Positions 1 to 11,311 of a stretch of 64,000 nt of DNA are shown piece by piece. The stretch lies in contig NC_068983.1 in assembly GCF_001194135.2 (NCBI RefSeq), forward strand, positions 94,266,672-94,330,671. The letters run 5' to 3'. This DNA is from Octopus bimaculoides. Taxonomy: Eukaryota. Made by a program: the position numbers and the translations under genes. Under the pieces are notes generated by a model. That model did not search any database. It saw only the letters and a program-made list of their open reading frames with translations, and had not been told where the DNA came from. Positions within the stretch are counted from its first letter, which is position 1. Every line of letters begins with the position of its first letter.

Positions 1-28
1 TATATGAATTTAATCTGTTTCATTTTAG

Positions 29-125
29 GTTGTTGATATTATGCAGAAATTGTACAATGTGTTTATTAAGTATGATGCAACCATGGTTGAAATCAACCCT
101 CTATCAGAAGATTCTAATGGAGATG
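29..125 (+). CDS. SUCLA2: SUCLA2 internal coding exon (97 nt, phase 0 to 1); gene starts upstream of the window
   Basis: ttttag acceptor and G|GTAAAG donor; translates [32 protein letters not shown], matching the SCS-beta motif KLYxxFxKYDATMxEINP. Confidence 0.95.
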
Positions 126-912
126 GTAAAGTATAATTACATTTTCTCAAGGTAACTTATAAAGTATACGACATAGACTAACAATATGACAGTACTTCCA
201 ACATATCAGGTTCACAGCTATGCTATCCATCTTCATTTATATTTGTTTGGGAGTGGTAGAAATTTCTCTGTATTTAATAATCTAATTTGACTGTTGTATC
301 TCCCAGCATATAAGTCAAATTTTTCAAATTGAAATTTACTGCCAAAAAAAAGGTAGGCCAACTTAACCACCAAGACAACTTTGGAGGATCAAAAATTCCA
401 TGTGAAATACAGCAGAATTTGGAAAGATAGTGATGTTTTGAGGAATGTTTACACTGTATACTGGAAAATATGGTAAAATATTTATTTCTAAAATTGGCAC
501 TATAGCTTAAATTTTGCAGGGTACAGTATAATCAACCCAGTTCTTCACTGGTACTTATTTTACTGATCTTGGAAATATGAAAAACAAAGCTAATCTTGAC
601 TAGATCTAGTTTCAGGACATATAGAGATTTACCTAAATATTGTAAGGCATTTATCTGACGCTCTGCCAATTTTACCAGTGCAGAGTCACTAGCTTTTATA
701 AATCCTTTCATATACAGCCATAACAAATCATCTTTAAAGCCACTTACATAAGCCTAACTTTTTTTGTATTCTGCTATAGATTATAGTTTGGAGAATTGTA
801 AGCACATGGAGAATTGTAAGCACATGAGAATTATTAAAATGATAAACTTGATATAAAGGATAATTTGCTGGTGTCTCTTGGGTGATCCTTGTTGCTAGTT
901 GTTAGGTTTAAT

Positions 913-953
913 CACGTGAGTGCTTTCAGATCAAAGATCCTTCATCAGATGTT
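913..953 (-). ncRNA. Minimal type I hammerhead ribozyme motif at the 3' end of a Penelope-like fragment
   Basis: Minus strand: AACAT-CTGATGA-A-GGATC-TTT-GATCT-GAAA-GCAC-TC-ACGTG; core CUGAUGA/GAAA, 5-bp stem II and CUC cleavage triplet present; stems I and III carry mismatches. Confidence 0.65.
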
Positions 954-1290
954 CTTATGCTTTTTTTTTTTTCTTGTGGTGGTCATTGCTGGTGCTGGTT
1001 AAAGGTTCTAGAAGCAGTAGATGTATAGATATACTCATTCCAGCAGTTAAGGCTGGGTGTTTTCCTAATGAAGTGTACTTTCGTGATTTTCAGGTTGATT
1101 GCCTCCACCAAGGCCACGTATCTCTTTAGAGAATACACCAGCACATTATCCTTGCTTGCCACCCCCATCCCCTCACCAACACCACCAGACCATGTATCTT
1201 CTTAGAGAATTGCCTACCTTCTTTATCTTCCTAACTCCTACTAATGGCATTACCCTGTTGTCTTACTATGCTATTTATATAAAGCTCTTT
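954..1290 (-). mobile_element. Penelope-like element 3' fragment (end of GIY-YIG endonuclease)
   Basis: ORF 983-1168 contains EAINLK..RKTPSLN, resembling the PLE C-terminal EAIHIR..PSLN motif, directly upstream of a hammerhead motif. Confidence 0.5.
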
Positions 1291-1316
1291 TAAAAATGTA
1301 TTTTTGCTTTTTCCAG

Positions 1317-1478
1317 TATATTGTATGGACTGTAAACTAAATTTTGATGACAATGCTGCCCACCGCCAAAAAGATATTTTTGCATGGAAAGATTGGTCAC
1401 AAGAAGATCCACGTGATCATCAGGCTGCTGATGCTGATCTAAACTACATTGGATTGGATGGCAGTATAGGGTGTTTGG
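1317..1478 (+). CDS. SUCLA2: SUCLA2 coding exon (162 nt, phase 1 to 1)
   Basis: ttccag / G|GTAAGT; (V)[53 protein letters not shown]; in frame with both neighbours. Confidence 0.97.
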
Positions 1479-1694
1479 GTAAGTTTGGATTTTTTAATTT
1501 ACATATCAGACCTCATGGGGGGAAACACTAGAACATATAATCACAAACTAATAACTAATTATATTTTCTGCAACCATTTTGAAAGAGTTACTGCAGTTTT
1601 TTTTACTATTACCTTAAATCAGTGCAATGTTGATAACAAGTGACAAGATCCCAATGTAATTTTATCTGTTTCCCCCATTCTTTTATTCTTATTA

Positions 1695-2048
1695 TTTTAT
1701 TTGTTTCAATCATTAGACTGCAGCCATGCTGGGACACCACCTTGAAGAATTTTTAGTCAAATGAATCAATTCCAGTATTTATTGTTTTTTAAAAGCCTGG
1801 TACTTATTCTATTGGTCTCTTTTACTGAACTACTAAGTTACAGGGACATAAACACACCAACACCAGTTGTCGAGTGAGAGACATGCACACACACAAGCTT
1901 CTTTCAGTTTCCATTTACCAAATCTGTTCACAAAGCTTTGGTTGGCTCTAGGCCATAGAAGACACTTGCCCAAGGTGCCATGCAGTAGGGCTGAACCTGG
2001 AACCATGTGGTTGGGAAGCATGTTTCTTACCAGACAGCCATGCCTGTA
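1695..2048 (-). mobile_element. tRNA-derived SINE, family B (central CA/TA tract)
   Basis: Shares GACACTTGCCCAAGGTGCC..GGGACTGAACC and CAGTCATTTGACTGCGGCCATGCTGG with copies at 18265, 36540 and 53575. Confidence 0.8.
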
Positions 2049-2190
2049 TTAAAACTAAATATTTGAATATCTCAAATTAATCAAATTGTATTAACATTCT
2101 TTAACTCTAGGAAGAGCTTTTTGGATTTGTAGGAAAACAGTTTGTTAATGATACTCTTTAGAATATCCTAAATTTATTGTTTTCTTTCAG

Positions 2191-2333
2191 TAAATGGTGC
2201 TGGCTTGGCAATGGCAACAATGGACATAATCAAACTTCATGGAGGAAACCCAGCTAATTTCCTAGATGTGGGAGGTGGAGCTACAGCCAAGCAAGTCACT
2301 GAAGCATTCCGCCTCATTACTTCAGATCAAAAT
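2191..2333 (+). CDS. SUCLA2: SUCLA2 coding exon (143 nt, phase 1 to 0)
   Basis: tttcag / AAT|GTAAGT; (V)[47 protein letters not shown], the SCS-beta signature. Confidence 0.98.
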
Positions 2334-4923
2334 GTAAGTTTTGATGTGTTTTATTTCCACTAAGTAAAATATGTTTCATGGTGTTAATTATCTGAGAGAT
2401 TGTGACATTGATTGATATAAAATCCTAATCTTAGAAAATATTGTGATGTTAATAAATATAGCTTAGAAAAAAAAGCATCATTTTAATATAAATTGTAGGT
2501 CACAATTAAACAAGTTTCTACAGTAATCATATTGACAATCATAGTATGAAGGCATTTTTTTTCTCTATGGATTGAACAAGTTGAAAAGTGGGCATTTATA
2601 TAAGTTTTTAGATAAGATGTTTAGTAGCAATTTTCAATATTACATAAACTGTTCTATGATGTACAAAGAATTGTCTGAAAAATTGCCCTGCGGTCCTCTC
2701 TTATAGGGTGCAGTGATGCAGTCAGTACAAGATATTCAGCCTGCTTTCATGCTATTTCTATATATATGGAAGTATTAGCAATGATTGCAGTAGAATCACA
2801 TTATTCAAATACATCAGAAGACTGTTCTGGTGTCTGAGTAATCCAATAACTATATTGAAAAAAAAAACAGCATTTTTATTGGGATGTTAAGAAGGCCTTA
2901 TTTTGGATTGAGGAGTTTCATATTCCTGCAAATCACTACACAAATTATGATAGCACAGTGAAAGCAAGAAGTTAATATGTTGCTGTGGTATCATGAAGCA
3001 ACATTCCCAGTCTGGATTGTGCAGCTGTGTTCCAGCATTTTCATTATAGCTTTAAGTGGATCAGATAACCACAGACTTGGCAATCACTGCTCAGCTGGGA
3101 TGAGGCCAGAAGAAACTCTGAAATCCAAAGTGTACCTGCATGCAAATTAATTAATTAGACTGTATGTAGTGCTTAATGAGAAACCTTTATTTATCTATGG
3201 AACCTTTTTAGCTTTTTAATAAACATGCTAACATTGAAAGTTCAAAAAACAGACATAAACATTTGATCAATAAGCCTGTCTCACTGGAAGGATGTATATT
3301 TTATAAGTCCCATAAACTTGTTTCAAATGAAGAAATAACTTTTTTTAAATATTTTGTTTTTTAAATCATTATTTGCACTGTGAAAAGTAAGATCTGAAAC
3401 AATGGCTTGCATATTCTTAATACATCCCAGCAGATATTAATATGCTTGTCAGTTTTGTGTATGTCACACGAAAACAACTCTCATTTACAATGGCAGTGTG
3501 TTCATAACACGCTCAGTGCAAGGAATTCTACCACATTAGAGTTTTGACATGTGTCTCATCAATCAGAAGTGTCCAAACCTTTTATCCTGAACAAGTCACC
3601 GGCAAACAAATTGTTTGCTAATCAGTGCTGGTATTTGCCAACTGATAAAAAAAATATTTACATTTTGATTACTTAGGTTATTTTTAGCCATATTAAACTA
3701 TTTTGAAAGATTTATGGCTATTTTATCAAAGCATAAGCAATAATTTTTGTTGCTGTTTTAGCTCCAGATCAACCATAGTCAAACAGACTCATGATCTCAG
3801 GTTTTCTAGCTGTGACTATCCCATCTTTCCCTACAACCTTTCCCATATCTAGAAGTATATTATTCAATGTGTATGAATCTTTGCAATTTTTAAGATAGTA
3901 TGGTATGATCTGGCTGCTATTTCTAGCAGGTTGAATAACACAAGGACACATTGTCGTTGGTTTGCAGATCAGCAATGTGCTAAAAATTTGTACATTGTCG
4001 TTAGAAAAAGTACTGACTGTATATTAATAGATATTTTACTTATTAAAGAGAAACTTAAGATATTTTGATAAAACTAAAACTCTAGAGATGTTTGTGTGTA
4101 CTCGAAATATCTCAGAAATAGTATATTTTTCAAAATTTTTTTTGCATATTTATTTTCACACTTACCTTTGGCAGTGCAGTACACATTTTTGTGATCTTTG
4201 GGACTCTATTTGTTAAGGAAAACAGTTAAACACAATTTTTGTTTGTTATTTCTTGACGAAAAATAAAACATCGCTTCTGTGACGTCAACACACATACACA
4301 TAATGAATGTCATGGCGTGTCAATCAACACAAACACTCGTTTGCTATCTGTGACATATACACACACACATAATCTTCATGCTTTCTAAGAAAAAAAAAAG
4401 GTGACATTTTGACATACACAATATTTTAATCATTTAGAAATACTTTCAACTGAATGTGATTTCAAAAATGTAAGTTGTTTGTACACTAAGTGGCAGAGGT
4501 AAAGAATATGTACACCACCCATTTTCGGCATAACAAAAACCCTAACCCTAACCACCAAATTTACATATTCTTTACTTTTGCCCAGTAAGTATTTATATTT
4601 TAACTTTCTTTAAACAGACAATGTTTTTTTTTTAATTATTTTCAAGTGAATGGCGATCTTTTGCTTATCTTCTGAAGTTCGTTAATTTCTGTATCAAATT
4701 TTTATTTATTTAATTTTGTTTTAAAGTGAAAGAAAGGAGAAAGTGAAAGATGTATGGATGTGTGTGTGTGTGAAAGAGAGAGAGAGAGAGAGAGTGATTG
4801 AATGGGGTGTGTTGTCATGTATATGTACATACATCAGTACATATGCATATATCTTTTTTGTATTTACGTGTGCATGTGTGTGTCAGAGAGTGAGTGAATG
4901 TGTGTTCTCATGTATGTGTAAGT

Positions 4924-4926
<3 letters not shown>

Positions 4927-4982
<56 letters not shown>
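4927..4982. repeat. (CT)n microsatellite
   Basis: About 56 bp pure CT tract. Confidence 0.95.
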
Positions 4983-4986
<4 letters not shown>

Positions 4987-5558
4987 GTCCATTTCATATA
5001 CACATTCAAACATCTGGCACTTTCTCCTCGCTTTCACTTCAAAACAAAAGTAAATAAATAAAAAACATTTACGAAAATTAACAAACAAAACCAACTGATC
5101 CGGATGACAGTTCTGAGCCTCAAAGCAAAAGATTGTCCCAAGGGAATACTGTTGCAAAAAATTTTTGAGTGCATTCAACGTATCTCAGCTCCAAAGATTT
5201 GGCTGCTATTTCTAGCATACCCTGCTGGTTCGTAACAGCTATTTGCAATAAAGGACCCGAAATACTTGTTATGTGGTAGCAGGGCGTGCAAGAAATAGCA
5301 GCCAAATCTTTTTCTTTTCTGGGGAAAGAAACCGTTTACGCATGATTTCAATGTCACATTCATTGAAAGCATGCGAAATAACCTGGAAAAGAAGAAAAAA
5401 AACCCATGAAACAAAACTCTGTTGCTGGGAAACTCAGACTTTCCAGGTGATCCAACGGGTCACGGGTAGTCTAGTATATTTTTAAAAATTTAATTAGAAT
5501 CTTAAATCCTTTGATTCTATTCTTCTATTCAGTTTCGGTCTTCCTTTTTGTAATTCAT

Positions 5559-6762
5559 ATTCGAGCGAGATCGTTGCCAGTGACCCTGGACTGGCTCTTG
5601 TGCTGGTGACACATGAAATGTTTTGAGCGGGATCGTTGCCAGTGCCCCTGGACTGGCTCATGTGCGGGCGACACATGAAATCTTTCGAGCGAGATCGTTG
5701 CCGGTGCCCCTGGACTGGCTCATGTGCGGACGACACATGAAATCTTTTGAGCGAGATCGTTGCCGGTGCCCCTGGACCGGCTCTTGTGCGGGTGACACAT
5801 GAGGTTTTTCGAGCGAGATCGTTGCCGGTGCCTNNNNNNNNNNNNNNNNNNNNNNNNNNNNNNNNNNNNNNNNNNNNNNNNNNNNNNNNNNNNNNNNNNN
5901 NNNNNNNNNNNNNNNNNNNNNNNNNNNNNNNNNNNNNNNNNNNNNNNNNNNNNNNNNNNNNNNNNNNNNNNNNNNNNNNNNNNNNNNNNNNNNNNNNNNN
6001 NNNNNNNNNNNNNNNNNNNNNNNNNNNNNNNNNNNNNNNNNNNNNNNNNNNNNNNNNNNNNNNNNNNNNNNNNNNNNNNNNNNNNNNNNNNNNNNNNNNN
6101 NNNNNNNNNNNNNNNNNNNNNNNNNNNNNNNNNNNNNNNNNNNNNNNNNNNNNNNNNNNNNNNNNNNNNNNNNNNNNNNNNNNNNNNNNNNNNNNNNNNN
6201 NNNNNNNNNNNNNNNNNNNNNNNNNNNNNNNNNNNNNNNNNNNNNNNNNNNNNNNNNNNNNNNNNNNNNNNNNNNNNNNNNNNNNNNNNNNNNNNNNNNN
6301 NNNNNNNNNNNNNNNNNNNNNNNNNNNNNNNNNNNNNNNNNNNNNNNNNNNNNNNNNNNNNNNNNNNNNNNNNNNNNNNNNNNNNNNNNNNNNNNNNNNN
6401 NNNNNNNNNNNNNNNNNNNNNNNNNNNNNNNNNNNNNNNATTCGAGCGAGATCGTTGCCAGTGACCCTGGACTGGCTCTTGTGCTGGTGACACATGAAAT
6501 GTTTTGAGCGGGATCGTTGCCAGTGCCCCTGGACTGGCTCTTGTGCGGGTGGCACATAAAAGACACCATTTCGAGCGTGGCTGTTTTCGTGCGGGTGACA
6601 CGTAAAAGCACCCACTACACTCTCTGAGTGGTTGGCGTTAGGAAGGGCATCCAGCTGTAGAAACTCTGCCAAATTAGATTGGAGCCTGGTGTTGCCATCC
6701 GGTTTCACCAGTCCTCAGTCAAATCGTCCAACCCATGCTAGCATGGAAGGCGGACGTTAAAC

Positions 6763-6792
<30 letters not shown>
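5559..6792 (+). mobile_element. RTE-type LINE 3' UTR copy with expanded 62-bp array and (GAT)n tail
   Basis: 6590-6792 matches the 3' end of the RTE copy at 8799-9513 (..TTAGGAAGGGC..GCATGGAA..GACGTTAAACGA); ends in (GAT)10. Confidence 0.8.
5561..6590 (+). repeat. 62-bp minisatellite interrupted by a 606-N gap (5834-6439)
   Basis: GAGCG(A/G)GATCGTTGCC recurs at 5563, 5625, 5687, 5749 and 5811 (period 62); two more units follow the gap. Confidence 0.92.
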
Positions 6793-6795
<3 letters not shown>

Positions 6796-7148
6796 AATCA
6801 AAATCTAAACATCAGATTTATTATCCTGTCATTTTCTTAAGGATTGCTGTCCTGCTAAAATTACTGGACCTACAAAATGAAATTCTTTTTGAAAGGTTTA
6901 TCTTTGTCAGAATTTAACGACTAACTTTATTTATCAGCTGAAAAGATTGGTTATCTGTAAAACCTTATTTTATGTAATAGTGTTATAAAAGCTATTTTCA
7001 CCTTCTTAATAACATAAAATTTATATTATCTGAGTTATTTATATTCAAATTCAAGAAACCCTGACTACTTTGAAGTTAAAATTTGTTTGACAAACATTAA
7101 ACATTTTAGAAACAAATTGCAGAAAATAAAATTCTGATACTTTTATAG

Positions 7149-7269
7149 GTTCAAGCTATTTTGGTGAATATATTTGGTGGTATCATGCGATGTGATGTTA
7201 TTGCTCAAGGTATTATAGCTGCAGCTGCAGAGCTGCAACTACGCATCCCTATTGTAGTTAGACTACAAG
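7149..7269 (+). CDS. SUCLA2: SUCLA2 coding exon (121 nt, phase 0 to 1)
   Basis: ttatag / G|GTAAGT; [40 protein letters not shown]. Confidence 0.98.
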
Positions 7270-7504
7270 GTAAGTTTGTCATTCCTGTTATTGTCTAATC
7301 TTCTATTTAAAATTACTTTAATCAAAATCATTTTGTTCAAGATGCCCTTGTGTGAAATGGAACACAAGTAAGCTGAAAGAGTAATAAATGTATCAATTAA
7401 AACAAATGGGAGAGATGATTGTACTGGTATGGATATGTGGTGTTTATGGTGTATGAGTGTTGGGAGAAGTTCTTTTCTGCTCTCTTTGCAAGGTATCTGT
7501 GAAA

Positions 7505-7675
7505 GTGGATACAGGAGTGGCTAAGTGATTTAAGAAGTTTGCTTTGCATTCACAAAGTTCTTGGTTCAATCCCACATGGCATCTTGAGCATATGCATTTA
7601 CCATAGTTTTTAGTCGACTAAAGCTTTTTGAGTGAATTTGGTTAGCTGGAAACTGTATAGAAGCCTGTCAGATGG
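7505..7675 (+). mobile_element. SINE family B 5' half
   Basis: CAGGAGTGGCT..GGTTCAATCCCAC tRNA-like head; reverse complement of the 3' part of the 1695-2048 copy. Confidence 0.6.
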
Positions 7676-8014
7676 ACTATACCTTTACTCTTGAATTTGT
7701 GTAGCATATTTGTGTTACACTGATTCTGCTTGGGAATTACATTAATGGTACATGTGTCTGTATGATACTCTAGTCACTTTCACATGCTAATTCAGTTAGC
7801 AGGTTATCCACTGATGAAACAGTTGGCTGCTCATATGTTGGAATCAACATGAAAATCCATCATCAGTGTAAGTGTAAGTTGTTTTAAGGTCAAATATCAA
7901 GAGGATGGGTGTCATGGATGAGATGATAGAAGACTAGAATGATCGGCAATATACTGTACAACAAACCTATTTAATTCTTGCTGTCATGGTAGCTAATACA
8001 GTAATGTATAAAGT

Positions 8015-8238
8015 TTAACCCTTTAGCATTTAAACCGGCCATATCAGACCCAAATATTCTGTTTTGTGTTCAAACTGGACAGATCCAGCCTGTCACACCT
8101 ACCCTACAATGTCATTCTAAAAATAAAGAGTCACACCATTGAAGTCTAGAAGCTATGATATAATACAAGATTAATTCAAAATAATGTGAATAAACAAGCA
8201 TTATATTTGAAAGAGTAATCTGAATGCTAAAGGGTTAA
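8015..8238 (+). mobile_element. piggyBac-like MITE (TTAA target, CCCTTTAGCATT TIR), orientation A
   Basis: TTAA|CCCTTTAGCATT ... AATGCTAAAGGG|TTAA. Confidence 0.85.
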
Positions 8239-8317
8239 TTTGTGTAATTTTCTGACTGTCATGCTTTAGAGACACTATGCATTTATGTGCTAAATGTCTT
8301 TTTTTTTTCATTTTCAG

Positions 8318-8406
8318 GAACAAGGGTAGAAGATGCCAAAGCTTTGATTGCTTCAAGTAACTTGAAAATTTTGTCTTGTGATAACTTGGATGAAGCTGCT
8401 AAAATG
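8318..8406 (+). CDS. SUCLA2: SUCLA2 coding exon (89 nt, phase 1 to 0)
   Basis: tttcag / ATG|GTCAGC; (G)[29 protein letters not shown]. Confidence 0.97.
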
Positions 8407-8798
8407 GTCAGCTGATTTTCTTTGCATTATATGATTGTATATAATAGATTGAAGGTGCATAGTCTACTAGTTAGGGTGTTGCATTCATGGCTGCAAGGTT
8501 TGTGGTTTAGCTTTCTGTACTGAGTGGCATGTCGTGTTCTTGAGCAAAACACTTCATTTCAGATTGCTCCAGTCAATTCAGCTGTAAATGAGTAACCCTG
8601 CACAAGAGGAAGACCTGGATGGAAATGTTGAAGGCAAAATGTTAGCATGGTTGTGTGGTTATGAAGTTCTTGGTTCAGTCTCACTGTGCTGCACCTGGGC
8701 AAGTGTCTTCTATAGCCCCAGGCTGATAACTACCTTGATAGTGGAATTATTAGATGGAAAGGAAGTAACCTGTCATATATATATATAGAGAGAGAGAG

Positions 8799-9513
8799 AG
8801 ACGTCTGCAATGGTATAGGCATGTGGCGAGAATGGATGAGGATAGCTGTGTGAAAAAGTGTCACACCCGAGCAGTTGAGGGAACCTGTGGAAGAGGTAGG
8901 CCCAAGAAGACCTGGGTTGAGGTAGTGAGGCACGACCTTTGAACATTGGGTCTCCCCGAGGTAATGACTTCTGACCGAGATCTTTGGAAATATGCTGTGC
9001 GTGAGAAGACCCGGCAAGCCAAGTGAGACCTAAATCCAAGGCCTCTGCCAGGATGCGTACCTTCCTACGTTGGACACTAAACTCCGCTTGCGAGGACTTG
9101 TTGAGGCAAGTGAAATCGAACTAATTTCGACAGATGGCACCCATGCCAACGTTGTCTCCTTCATTGGAAACAGAAACTCAGTTTGCGAAGACCTTTTGAG
9201 GCAAGCGAAATCGTGATAGCACTTGTAAGGACATTCGAGCGAGATTGTTGCCAGTGCCGCTGGACTAGCTCCTGTGCAGGTGGCACGTAAAAGACACCAT
9301 TTTGAGTGTGGCCGTTGCCAGTACCGCCCAACTGGCCTTCGTGCCGGTGGCACATAAAAGCACCCACTACACTCGGAGTGGTTGGCGTTAGGAAGGGCGT
9401 CCAACTGTAGAAACTCTGCCAAATCAGATTGGAGCCTGGTGTAACCACCTGGTTCACCAGTTCTCAGTCAAATCATACAACCCATGCTAGCATGGAAAGC
9501 AGACGTTAAACGA
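8799..9513 (+). mobile_element. 5'-truncated RTE-clade LINE (RT C-terminus plus 3' UTR)
   Basis: RRLQWYRHVARMDEDSCVKKCHTRAVEGTCGRGRPKKTWVEVVRHDL*, the typical RTE C-terminus, followed by the 3' UTR shared with many copies. Confidence 0.85.
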
Positions 9514-10532
9514 NNNNNNNNNNGCATAAGTATATATACATTATGTACATATATGTGTGTATATGTATGTATATATGTATCTTTGCTTATATATATATAT
9601 ATATGTATGTATGTATATATATACACAAAGTATGGGGGGTTTACTTCACAGATGATCTAAATGATTAGGTATGCATAAGTATATATACATTATGTACATA
9701 TATGTGTGTATATGTATGTATATATGTATCTTTGCTTATATATATATATATATGTATGTATGTGTATATTTATATTCATATATACGTGTTTGTGTGTGTG
9801 TATATATATATATCTATATATGAATATATATACTTGTGTTTATTTCTTTTTATGCAATTGTTTACCTGAATAAGCAAGTACATGTACTTATATTTCCCCT
9901 TAAAATCCATGGATATTGCAAATCATATTTGGAATTTCCTATGGATGGGAAATGCAACAACGAAAAGATGTGATATGTGGAAACGTACGTAGAAATGTAT
10001 TAAAGGATTTATAAATTTCCCTCCGTAAGTTCTTATTACAATATTCATCCTTTGCTATAGTTGTACCAGACTAATAACTGTCTCATAAAATCATTTTGAG
10101 GTATGGAAATAATAAGCGATAGCGAGAAGAAATAGCATAGGATTTTTTAATTAGCGCACTCGAAAATGTTTCGCATAAATAAACTTAAAGGATATATATA
10201 TATATACACACAAATAAATAAAATGTGTGTGTGAATGTCATTCCACTTGTTGTCATTAATACCTTCTGTGCAAAAACTGTGTCTTGTTTACAGTTATTGT
10301 AAAGCTAGATGTCCTGTTGTTTTAGTGGAAACCACAAGATCTTCTTGTTGCCAACACTCAGCCATTTAAAATTTGCCTCAGCAAGTCTTCTTTAATCCAT
10401 GCCAGCATGGAAAAATACATATAAAACTGAATGCAACAATTAATTCAAAGTTATTGAATTTACTAAGCATAAAACTATCTGAATACTGTTAAAGGTTCTT
10501 TAATATTTGTTTATATATTTTTTTATTTTCAG

Positions 10533-10607
10533 ATTGTAAAATTGTCCACCATTGTTGGTCTTGCCCGAGAAGCTTTTGTTGACGTTAAATTTGAGTTGCC
10601 ATTGTGA
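10533..10607 (+). CDS. SUCLA2: SUCLA2 last coding exon (75 nt including TGA)
   Basis: ttttcag acceptor; IVKLSTIVGLAREAFVDVKFELPL*. The C-terminal tail resembles ADP-specific SUCLA2 (..HVDVKFQLPI); GDP-specific SUCLG2 lacks it. Confidence 0.96.
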   Translation: MVKLSTIVGLAREAFVDVKFELPL

Positions 10608-10929
10608 AACTTATATTGTTTGTAATTTCCCCATTTCAACCAAAGATGTCTTTGCTTTATAGATGACAATAATAGATAATGTCAAGGAGTTGATTCTCAA
10701 TCCACCAACTCCTATCAATTTCTGAAAAACAATACAATGGATTATCTACATAATCCTTCATAAACTAGGTTTATGAGAACTATACAATAGTTGCTATTTT
10801 TTAGCAATACTCTTCTATAGAAGTACCACCAATAATGAAATCTTACCTCTTAAAATCCAAATAGTTCATTGGATTTTATTTGACCAAGGCAATAATGATT
10901 TATATACACACATACAAATACATACATTC

Positions 10930-10931
<2 letters not shown>

Positions 10932-10960
<29 letters not shown>
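10932..10960. repeat. (AT)n microsatellite in the SUCLA2 3' UTR
   Basis: Pure AT tract between the stop codon and the poly(A) signal. Confidence 0.9.
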
Positions 10961-10962
<2 letters not shown>

Positions 10963-11305
10963 ATATAGACAACAAAGAAAAATTGTTGCTACAACAATAA
11001 TATACAAAATTTGCAATGATTTTAATTGCCTTTAAACACAGCCTTCTTTAAACAAATACATTTGAAAACATTAGTGCATGTCTTGTTACATTCTATGTCC
11101 ATTCCTTGTTGAGTGTTGGGAAAATACATTTTCATATTATTTTGTACTGATAATATTACTAAAATAATATATTTGAAAAGGAAACCATTATCTTAAATGT
11201 GTTGAGTTTATTATGGTTTTTAACTAACCTTATTTCTGAATGATTGACCTGTTCATGTTCAAAGGTATTTTGAATTCAGAAAATAATTCATCATTTATAT
11301 AATGC

Positions 11306-11311
11306 AATAAA
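11306..11311 (+). terminator. Candidate polyadenylation signal of SUCLA2
   Basis: AATAAA ~700 nt after the stop, followed by U/GU-rich sequence; a second AATAAA lies at 11844-11849. Confidence 0.5.

Noticed and set aside
5561-6590. CRISPR-like array
   Set aside because: Units are contiguous 62-bp repeats without unique spacers, in a eukaryotic LINE UTR.
5494-6708. Long ORFs (404, 317, 293 aa etc.) in the ORF track
   Set aside because: They run through the N-gap and the 62-bp repeat; not proteins.
7805-7860. CTGATGA followed later by GAAA
   Set aside because: No stem II or stem I pairing; lies in SINE-like sequence.
9524-9762. ~90-bp direct duplication (9524 and 9673)
   Set aside because: Low-complexity and abuts a 10-N gap; probably a scaffolding artefact.
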